From Planctomycetota bacterium (lineage in GTDB: Bacteria; Planctomycetota; Planctomycetia; Pirellulales; UBA1268), in contig JANNSZ010000077.1 of the NCBI GenBank assembly GCA_031403195.1, positions 12,568 to 76,567 on the forward strand: 64,000 nt of DNA, in the 5' to 3' direction. The notes beneath the pieces are model-generated. The model was given only the letters and a program-made list of their open reading frames with translations. It was not told the origin of the DNA and did not search any database. Below are positions 57,214-64,000 of the stretch, piece after piece. Made by a program: the position numbers and the translations under genes. Position 1 is the first letter of the stretch. Each line of letters starts with the position of its first letter.

Positions 57214-58568
57214 CAGTGCGCTCCCACGATCTGCAGGGCAGGCACAGGGTCGGTCACCATCCAGCCCTCGGGATTGGTCCGCTTGATGGTGTCCTCAAAC
57301 TCACCGCGGAACTTGTTGATCGCGTTCTTGATCGGCCAGGCGGCCCCGTCGGCCAGGCCACAGATCGTGGAGCCGGGCATCATGCCCATCGTGTTGCCAA
57401 GCTCCAGCAGAAGGTCGAGATCTTTGAGCCGGCCCTTGCCGGCACGGATGCGCTCGAGCATTCGCAGGCTCCAACTCGTCCCCTCGCGGCAGGGCGTGCA
57501 CTGGCCGCACGACTCATGGGCGAAGAAACGGCAGGAGTTGTGGAGGAAGTCGATGATGCTCACCGTCTCGTCGATCACCACCACGGCGGCTGTGCCCAGG
57601 CCCAGGCATCCCACGCGTCCGGGACCGGCAAAGTCGAGCGGCGTGTCGAACTCGGCCTCGGTGAAAAGCCCCATCGAGATGCCACCGGGGATCGCTGCCT
57701 TGGCCTTGCGTCCCTTCCAGACACCGCCGCCAAAATGATCGACGAGCTCGCGGAGCGTAATCCCAAGCGGCGCTTCATAGCAGCCAGGCTTCTCGACATG
57801 CCCAGAAAGACAATACAGCTTCGGGCCATACGACCCTGGGTCGCGAGGATTGTTCGGATCCGCGGGGACGCCGATGGACTTGAACCAGTCGACCCCGCGA
57901 CGCGAGATCTGGGCCACGCAGGCCATCGTCTCGATGTTGTTGACGACGGTCGGCTTGTGGAACACGCCTTCGATGGCCGGGAAGGGCGGCTTGATCCGCG
58001 GCCAGGCTCGCTTGCCCTCGAGGCTCTCGATGAGCCCGGTCTCCTCGCCACAGATATAGGCGGCTGCGCCGCGGTGGAGGTAGATGTCGAGGGAGAAGGT
58101 GCTCCCGAGGACGTTCTTGCCGAGGAGACCGGCGGCATAGCACTCGTCGATCGCCGCCTGGAGGCGATTCCACGAGTGGGGATACTCGTACCGCAGGTAG
58201 ATGTAGGCCGTGGTCGCCCGCGTGGCAAACGACGAGATGATCGTGCCCTCGAGCACCTGATGCGGGTCATCCTCCATCAAGAGCCGATTGTTGAAGGTCC
58301 CCGGCTCGCTCTCGTCAGCATTGACGCACAGGTAGATCGGACCAGGATGATCCTTTGGGAGAAAGGTCCACTTGAGACCGGTTGAGAAGCCGGCCCCGCC
58401 GCGGCCTCGCAGGCCCGACGATTTCACCATCTCCACGACATCCGTCGGCTGTTTCTCGCGAAGCAGCTTTTCGAGCGGTGCGTAGCCGCCGCGGGCGCGA
58501 TAGCTTGCGAGCGAGTGGCCGTCGGGTACTCCCACGGCTTCAAGGAGCACGGGCTTGAATGGTGTCAT
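57213..58568 (-). CDS. nuoF: NADH-quinone oxidoreductase subunit F
   Basis: NADH/FMN-binding GLRGRGGAGFSTGLKW and the N3 cluster region ESCGQCTPCREG. Confidence 0.95.
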   Translation of the reverse strand: MTPFKPVLLEAVGVPDGHSLASYRARGGYAPLEKLLREKQPTDVVEMVKSSGLRGRGGAGFSTGLKWTFLPKDHPGPIYLCVNADESEPGTFNNRLLMEDDPHQVLEGTIISSFATRATTAYIYLRYEYPHSWNRLQAAIDECYAAGLLGKNVLGSTFSLDIYLHRGAAAYICGEETGLIESLEGKRAWPRIKPPFPAIEGVFHKPTVVNNIETMACVAQISRRGVDWFKSIGVPADPNNPRDPGSYGPKLYCLSGHVEKPGCYEAPLGITLRELVDHFGGGVWKGRKAKAAIPGGISMGLFTEAEFDTPLDFAGPGRVGCLGLGTAAVVVIDETVSIIDFLHNSCRFFAHESCGQCTPCREGTSWSLRMLERIRAGKGRLKDLDLLLELGNTMGMMPGSTICGLADGAAWPIKNAINKFRGEFEDTIKRTNPEGWMVTDPVPALQIVGAH

Positions 58569-58569
58569 C

Positions 58570-59070
58570 TCAGGTGGCCCTCGCGCGGGGCTTCTTGAGC
58601 TCGGCCTCGGCGGCCTCGGGAGTCATGTCCTTGAGCAGATCGTCATTCGCCAGGATGCAGGGGGCGAAGTCACACGCCCCGAGGCACTCGGCCGCTTCGA
58701 TCGTCAGGCTCCCGTCAGCCGTGGTATGGCCAGCGTGGATGCCGTTGGCGCGGCACAGGTGTTCGAGGAGATGGTCGCCCCCCCGCAGGGCACAGGATAT
58801 CGACCGGCAGACAAAAGCCCGCACCTTCCCGTGTGGCTTCTCCTGATGGAAGAACTCATAAAAGCTGAGTGTGTCCTGGACCTCAGCCGGTGGGAGACCA
58901 AGGACGGCAGCGATGTCTACGACCGCATCGAGCGGCACATGCAGCAGTTCACGATTGACGATGTGCAGCGCAGGCAGCACAAGTGCCCGACGGTTTGGGT
59001 AGCGCGGTGCGAGCGACTCGATCGCGGCCACCATTGCTTCCGTGATGACACGGCGTCCCTGGGCGATCAT
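58570..59070 (-). CDS. nuoE: NADH-quinone oxidoreductase subunit E
   Basis: Thioredoxin-like 2Fe-2S subunit (CRSISCALRG ... CLGACDFAPC). The ATG at 59070 overlaps the nuoD stop in an ATGA. Confidence 0.9.
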   Translation of the reverse strand: MIAQGRRVITEAMVAAIESLAPRYPNRRALVLPALHIVNRELLHVPLDAVVDIAAVLGLPPAEVQDTLSFYEFFHQEKPHGKVRAFVCRSISCALRGGDHLLEHLCRANGIHAGHTTADGSLTIEAAECLGACDFAPCILANDDLLKDMTPEAAEAELKKPRARAT

Positions 59071-60302
59071 CGGTCGAGCTCCGCGGCGATGATGTTGAGG
59101 CTGCCGAGCACCGCGACCACGTCGGAGAGGGTATGGCCACGGATGAGGTGCGGAAACATCGCGAAGTTGAGCACGCTTGGCGGACGGCAACGGGCCCGGT
59201 AGGCGGATTCGTTTCCGTCACCCACGAGGTAGAAGCCCAACTCGCCGTTCGGCGCTTCGATCGCTGCGTACGACTCCTCGCAGGGCACCTCAAACCCACG
59301 GTTACTCATGGAGAGCTCGAAGTGGGAGATCGTGCCCTCGATCGTCGAATACACCTGCTGCTTGGTCGGGAGGGCTGTTCGTTGATCGATGCCAATATTC
59401 ACCGGCCCAGCGGGAATGTTTTCGATCGCCTGCGTGACAATCCTGAGGCTCTCCCGCATCTCCTCCATCCGCACGAGATACCGGGCATAACAATCGCCCG
59501 CCGTCGCGCAGCACACGTTGAAGTCGTAGTCTCCGTAGGCCAAGTAGGGCTCGTCCTTGCGGAGATCCCGCGTGACGCCGCTGGCGCGAGCGACCGGCCC
59601 GGTGGCTCCACGGTTGATCGCCGCTTCCTTTGTGAGCACTCCGACGCCCTTCGTTCGGTCCACGAAAATACGATTTCGGGTGAGGAGGCGCTCCATGTCG
59701 TTGAGCGTTTTGGGGAACGTCTTCACGAACGTGCGAATCTTCTCGACCACCAGCGGCGTCACATCGTGCGACACGCCACCGACCCGCGTGTAGGAGTTGG
59801 TGAAGCGGGCTCCGCAGAGCGTCTCGAAGATGTCGTAGATCACCTCGCGCTGGTAGAAGCCGTAGAGGAAGAATGTGAAGGCGCCGGTGTCGAGGCCGAC
59901 GGCGCCGTTACTGAGAAGGTGGTCACTGATCCGAGCCAGCTCGGCGATGATCGTGCGGATCACCTTGCACCGCGGCGTCAGTTCGATCCCGAGGAGCGTC
60001 TCGACGGCATGGTGCCAGGCCACGTTGTTGGCCATCGGCGAGATGTAGTTCATCCGGTCGGTGACTGTCACGTATTGGTTGAACGTGAGGTGCTCACCGA
60101 TCTTCTCGAAGCCGGAGTGGAGGTAGCCCATTTCCGGAATGGCGTCCACGACCCGCTCCCCATCGAGCTTGAGCACGAGCCTGAGCGTCGTGTGGGTGGC
60201 CGGATGCTGCGGGCCGAAGTTGAGCGTCCAGAGAAAGTCCTCGCTCCGTGTCGCGGCCTCCGGCAGGCTGACCGATTCAAAGGTAGGTGGAGCGATGGAC
60301 AT
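59067..60302 (-). CDS. nuoD: NADH-quinone oxidoreductase subunit D
   Basis: LNFGPQHPATHTTLRL signature and C-terminal SLNIIAAELDR. Confidence 0.95.
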   Translation of the reverse strand: MSIAPPTFESVSLPEAATRSEDFLWTLNFGPQHPATHTTLRLVLKLDGERVVDAIPEMGYLHSGFEKIGEHLTFNQYVTVTDRMNYISPMANNVAWHHAVETLLGIELTPRCKVIRTIIAELARISDHLLSNGAVGLDTGAFTFFLYGFYQREVIYDIFETLCGARFTNSYTRVGGVSHDVTPLVVEKIRTFVKTFPKTLNDMERLLTRNRIFVDRTKGVGVLTKEAAINRGATGPVARASGVTRDLRKDEPYLAYGDYDFNVCCATAGDCYARYLVRMEEMRESLRIVTQAIENIPAGPVNIGIDQRTALPTKQQVYSTIEGTISHFELSMSNRGFEVPCEESYAAIEAPNGELGFYLVGDGNESAYRARCRPPSVLNFAMFPHLIRGHTLSDVVAVLGSLNIIAAELDR

Positions 60303-60323
60303 GGCGTGCTTGCAGCGGGCGAT

Positions 60324-60857
60324 TCAGCTCTCGTGTCGCGTGATGACGGGGAAATTATGGCGTTCGCCGCGGCCCTGGAGGGGGTAGTCTTTTCGCAGGG
60401 GATGGGCGGTGAACTCCTCGGGCATCACCAGCCGACGAAGGTCTGGGTGACCCTCGAAGCGAATCCCGAAGAGATCCCAGACCTCCCGCTCGAGCCAGTT
60501 GGCCGCCTCCCAGAGCGGCACCACGCTCGGGACAGTCGGCTTCGGGTCATCGACGAACACGCGCACGGTCAGCCGCTGGTTGGTCGTCGTGGAAGCCAGG
60601 AGATAGACCAGGCCATACCGCCGACCCGAGCAAGAGGGCATCTGCATTGGCGGATCGCGGTATTCGAGGTAGTCGACGCAGGTGACGTCGACTAGCAGAT
60701 CGAACCCACGCTGTTTGAGGTCGCTGAGCACATCGAGCGACGCTTCGACGGGCACCACGAGCCGTGTCTGGCCACGGAACACCGTCGACTCGAGCCCGCC
60801 GAATCGGCCGGTCATCGCTGCGATCACGTCGTCGACGGGTGGGGGAGTGAAAGGCAT
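60324..60857 (-). CDS. nuoC: NADH-quinone oxidoreductase subunit C
   Basis: EREVWDLFGIRFEGHPDLRRL signature. Confidence 0.93.
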   Translation of the reverse strand: MPFTPPPVDDVIAAMTGRFGGLESTVFRGQTRLVVPVEASLDVLSDLKQRGFDLLVDVTCVDYLEYRDPPMQMPSCSGRRYGLVYLLASTTTNQRLTVRVFVDDPKPTVPSVVPLWEAANWLEREVWDLFGIRFEGHPDLRRLVMPEEFTAHPLRKDYPLQGRGERHNFPVITRHES

Positions 60858-60884
60858 CTGTACGAGGACAAGAATCTCGTTGTG

Positions 60885-61514
60885 TCAGGAACGGCCGGCA
60901 AACGATTCCGCCTCGGCGGCAAGCTCCCGCTGGAGGACCGGATTGCGGGACGCGTCGAGGGACAGCGGATCGACAAGCTCCACAAGCGCTCGCTTGCGGG
61001 CCTGGCGACTGGGAGTGTCGAACTCACGACCGGTGATCGTACCCTCCCTCTGGATCTTGTCCTGGAGGTCAATGATCGCCTGAATGAGCTGCTCTGGCCG
61101 CGGCGGGCAGCCTGGCACGTACAAGTCGACTGGAATGACACGGTCGATTCCCTGGACGACGGCGTAGGTGTCGAACACGCCGCCTGTGCTGGCACAGGCA
61201 CCCATCGAGATGCACCACTTGGGCTCGTGCATCTGCTGCCAGATCCTCTGGAGCACCGGGAGCATCTTCATGACGACCCTGCCAGCGACGATCATCAGGT
61301 CACACTGGCGAGGGCTGAAGCGAAACACCTCAGCGCCGAAGCGGGCAAGGTCATGTTTGCTCGCGCCGGTGGCCATGAGCTCAATGCCGCAGCATGCCGT
61401 CGCAAAGGGCATGGGCCAGAGGCTGTTTTTCCGGCACCAGCTCGCCAGTTCGTCGAGCCGGCTGACGACGACGTTCTCAGGGAGGTGAAGCTTTCCGGAA
61501 TCGGCTACCGCCAT
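60885..61514 (-). CDS. nuoB: NADH-quinone oxidoreductase subunit B
   Basis: LWPMPFATACCGIELMA and GCPPRPE motifs (N2 cluster ligands). Confidence 0.95.
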   Translation of the reverse strand: MAVADSGKLHLPENVVVSRLDELASWCRKNSLWPMPFATACCGIELMATGASKHDLARFGAEVFRFSPRQCDLMIVAGRVVMKMLPVLQRIWQQMHEPKWCISMGACASTGGVFDTYAVVQGIDRVIPVDLYVPGCPPRPEQLIQAIIDLQDKIQREGTITGREFDTPSRQARKRALVELVDPLSLDASRNPVLQRELAAEAESFAGRS

Positions 61515-61900
61515 CGGAACACTCCCTTGCGCCAGTCATAGGCAAAACCCACGATCACCAGCGCCGTAAAAAGCATCGCGCCGGCAAAGACGAGGCCGCG
61601 GGATGAGACAAGCCCGCCGGCGACCGCAGCATCAATGCCCGCTGGCGAGCGGCTGGCCACCGCCCACGGATAAAGGAAGAGCAGTTCGACATCAAATACG
61701 AGGAAGGTGATCGCCACCAAATGGAACCGGACATCGAACCTCCGCCGTGTGTCGTGGACGGGGTCCATGCCGCTCTCGTAGGGCATTTCTTTGACCGCTC
61801 CGCTTCGCCGCGGTCCGATCATTTCAGCTGCCACGACAAGCCCCACCGAGACAGCCGCCGCGATCGCGACGAACAGGAGGACCGGGAGGATCGCGTCCAT
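61505..61900 (-). CDS. nuoA: NADH-quinone oxidoreductase subunit A
   Basis: First gene of the operon, three TM helices, YESGMDP and FLVFDVELLFLYPW motifs. Confidence 0.92.
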   Translation of the reverse strand: MDAILPVLLFVAIAAAVSVGLVVAAEMIGPRRSGAVKEMPYESGMDPVHDTRRRFDVRFHLVAITFLVFDVELLFLYPWAVASRSPAGIDAAVAGGLVSSRGLVFAGAMLFTALVIVGFAYDWRKGVFRWR

Positions 61901-61962
61901 GTGGGAGTGGGGTGAGGGAGGGGTCAGCCAGGTTCAAAACTGCGAAATTTAGCCGCAGAACA

Positions 61963-61990
61963 CGACTTCGTGAAATTTGTCACGAAGTCG
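61963..61990. promoter_or_regulatory. perfect 11-bp inverted repeat CGACTTCGTGA-N6-TCACGAAGTCG (GTGA-N6-TCAC core) upstream of nuoA
   Basis: Read directly from the sequence. It lies about 60-90 bp upstream of the nuoA start codon in the 261-bp nuoA-rgpF spacer. The spacing is that of CRP-type operators. A second 10-bp palindrome, GTGTGCACAC, lies at 62008-62017. Confidence 0.4.
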
Positions 61991-62161
61991 GCTCCCAAAA
62001 AAGCCGGGTGTGCACACGTCACCTCCGGCCGGCCGCCTTTCGGCTGAAGCAGTTATACCGGCTGGGACGGCCCTCGACGAGTCAGCAGCGTGCGGTTCGC
62101 CGCCGGGTCAGGGGACGGGCTCGTTTTGCCTTGGAAATGGTGCCTGTCCGCGTCCTCGGCA

Positions 62162-63040
62162 TCACCCGCAGGCGGCGAGGTGGCTTTCAATGAGCCCGAG
62201 GTCGTAGCCGAACCGTCGCCGCAGTTCGCAGAGGACTCTCCCGAGGTCGAGCCCGTAGTGATTGACCCGAAAGAGGCTTGCCTTCAGGTAGGGGACGCCC
62301 GCGTCCCACAGCCGCCACCAGACGAGCTCACTCGGGTTATGTGGCCGCCGGCGGCTCTTGCGAACGAGCCGCCAGCTTTGTCGTGGCGAGGCAAGTGATA
62401 CATGGGGCCAGACCTCGCGAAGTGTCACGGCCGCCGCCGAGGTCGCGTCATAGAGGCCGGCGAGTCTGAAGCCCGCCGCTGCCATCCGAGCGGAGAATCC
62501 GATCTCGTAGCGTTCGACAATCTCTCGCTTGGTTTCAAGCGGCTCAAAGTCTCGCCAGAACTCGGCAAAGGCATCCGATTCGAGGAGCGGACGCCTGAGT
62601 CCGAGGAACCATGACTGCACGTGCGGGATGCGGGCCGCCTCGCGCTGCGCGTTTTGATCGGAGAGCACCATACCCCACAGATCCGCGTTGGCCATGCGCG
62701 GGTCGGTGAGCGCATGAGTGATGTCAGCGAGCGGGCCATACACGCTATCGTTGACGCAGACCACCTCGTCGAAATCAGCTGATGGAAGCGCTGCCAGACC
62801 ATCCCGCCACGCACCAAAGTCGTAGCCGGTGTTGGTCCGCGGGATGAACGTGTCGACGATCTTCGCAAGGGACGTTGGCAGTCTGCGAGCCGAGTTGGAC
62901 ACGACCACGAGTCGCTGGGCGACACCGCGGTACGCCGCGAGCGCGTGATGCACATGGGGCGCGAACCCTCCGCTGGCATCGAAATGCGCCAGCACGATCG
63001 CGCGTCGCAGCGGCGGGCCGTGGCTGCTGGTGGCGGTCAT
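62162..63040 (-). CDS. rhamnan-synthesis protein F (RgpF)-like glycosyltransferase
   Basis: NTGYDFGAWRDGL, VVCVNDSVYGPL, DLWGMVLSD and HVQSWFLGL motifs typical of the RgpF family. The ATG at 63040 is chosen; the extension to 63382 overlaps the upstream GT2 gene. Confidence 0.8.
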   Translation of the reverse strand: MTATSSHGPPLRRAIVLAHFDASGGFAPHVHHALAAYRGVAQRLVVVSNSARRLPTSLAKIVDTFIPRTNTGYDFGAWRDGLAALPSADFDEVVCVNDSVYGPLADITHALTDPRMANADLWGMVLSDQNAQREAARIPHVQSWFLGLRRPLLESDAFAEFWRDFEPLETKREIVERYEIGFSARMAAAGFRLAGLYDATSAAAVTLREVWPHVSLASPRQSWRLVRKSRRRPHNPSELVWWRLWDAGVPYLKASLFRVNHYGLDLGRVLCELRRRFGYDLGLIESHLAACG

Positions 63041-63062
63041 CGGTCGCGACTCCCCCACACAA

Positions 63063-64000
63063 TCAGGCCGCTCGTCGATGGAGCTCGTGGCCCACCTGCT
63101 GTCGCAGGTTTGCCAGTCGTCGGAAAGAGACCGTGCTCCGCGGCTCATCGTCAAGCAGGGCGAGCATGTCGGGCACATGGCCGAGCGTTGCAGCGGCTTG
63201 GCCGAAGGCCCCGTCACGAATCTGCCGCTCAGCCGTTCGCATCGCCGAGGCCGCGTACCATCGCACACTCGCGGCAAGCGTCCGTTCGCGGATCTCGGGG
63301 GGTACCAGGCGTGAATTGATCGCGATCGCGCGGGCCATGTCGGGCCATGCAGCACCATTCGCGAAAAGCCGAGCCGTTTCATTCGCCGCGTGACGTCGGT
63401 ACACCGCGAGCGACCGTGGTTCGTACCAGACGGGGTACGTCGCAGCGATCCGCACCCACATCTCCCAGTCGACCGCGAGCTGGAGATCGGGGCGATACCC
63501 TCCGAGTGTTTCGTAGGTGTGGCGAGCCACGATGACCGACGGAGTCTGCACCCGTTGCCGCTCCGCGATCCGCGGAAGCCACTGCGTGAGCACCCCGGGT
63601 ATCCACCGCAGCTGTGAGGTGGTCTTCAGCCGATGACCTTCTGCATTGATGAGCCGAGCGCGGCAGAACGCCATGCCGATATCAGGCCGTCGTTGGAACC
63701 CTGCATCGAGCCGCTTATAGAAGCCCGGCATGACGTAGTCGTCTTGGTGGAGGAGGTGGATCAGTTCGCCTTGAGCCAAGCCGACCGCACGGTTCCAGTT
63801 GCCACCCAGCCCGAGCCGATTTGCATGCTCGAAGATCTCCACGCGGCCGTGCGGGTCGATCCGCCGCACGATGTCTCGCACAACACGCGGCCGTGAGCCG
63901 TCGTCCACAACCGCGATCTGCATGACGTCTGGATCAGCCGCCTGCGCGAGGACCGACGTGAGCGCGAGCGCGAGCATATCACTCGGCTCATGCGTCGGCA
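63063..64000 (-). CDS. family 2 glycosyltransferase, 5' end outside the window
   Basis: IAVVDDGS and HQDDY (DxD-like) motifs. The usual N-terminal beta-strand preceding the SVLAQ helix is missing, so the gene probably starts beyond 64000. Confidence 0.8.
   Translation of the reverse strand, partial: PTHEPSDMLALALTSVLAQAADPDVMQIAVVDDGSRPRVVRDIVRRIDPHGRVEIFEHANRLGLGGNWNRAVGLAQGELIHLLHQDDYVMPGFYKRLDAGFQRRPDIGMAFCRARLINAEGHRLKTTSQLRWIPGVLTQWLPRIAERQRVQTPSVIVARHTYETLGGYRPDLQLAVDWEMWVRIAATYPVWYEPRSLAVYRRHAANETARLFANGAAWPDMARAIAINSRLVPPEIRERTLAASVRWYAASAMRTAERQIRDGAFGQAAATLGHVPDMLALLDDEPRSTVSFRRLANLRQQVGHELHRRAA

Noticed and set aside
59133-60695. 520-aa plus-strand ORF across nuoD and nuoC
   Set aside because: It is antisense to two genes with strong complex I signatures. 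Its composition (runs of R, H, E, V, G) is typical of shadow frames. The same reasoning applies to 49118..50434, 51051..52292, 57216..58385, 54728..55402 and 56824..57738.

Overview
High-GC chromosomal segment with Planctomycetota hallmarks: a DUF1501 + PSCyt/DUF1549/DUF1553 gene pair, a formylglycine-type sulfatase, and MoxR/DUF58/BatA/vWA genes. I support about 55 protein genes and saw no rRNA, tRNA or CRISPR array. Recognisable housekeeping genes are glgA, a DinG-type helicase, argH, lipA plus a lipB-like gene, an AlaA-like aminotransferase, lpxB, an S2P/M50 protease, and a complete 14-gene nuoA-N operon followed by a translationally coupled Mrp/NBP35 gene. The window ends in RgpF-like and GT2 glycosyltransferase genes. 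The best candidate for an undescribed system is a ten-gene, tightly coupled operon at 19159-33819. There a MoxR AAA+ ATPase and its DUF58/BatA/vWA partners are interrupted by an orphan membrane protein, one ABC ATPase and three paralogous about 500-aa ABC-2-like permease modules (two fused into one 1007-aa ORF). A secreted CAP-domain protein closes the operon. Other notable items: (1) a 1.8-kb AT-richer mosaic insert bounded by 211-bp direct repeats of the DUF1501 3' end, with truncated genes at both junctions; (2) a 144-bp intergenic element with perfect 22-bp inverted-repeat arms enclosing two hairpins; (3) a HEAT-repeat protein with a pseudo-receiver-like segment next to a sensor-less sigma-54 activator; (4) a LipB-like protein that seems to lack the Cys/Lys catalytic dyad; (5) a small toxin-antitoxin-like patch with a split nucleotidyltransferase and a YoeB remnant; (6) a CRP/FNR-spaced palindrome upstream of nuoA. 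All functional calls come from reading motifs in the supplied translations. No database search was run. Many long antisense ORFs are treated as high-GC shadow ORFs.
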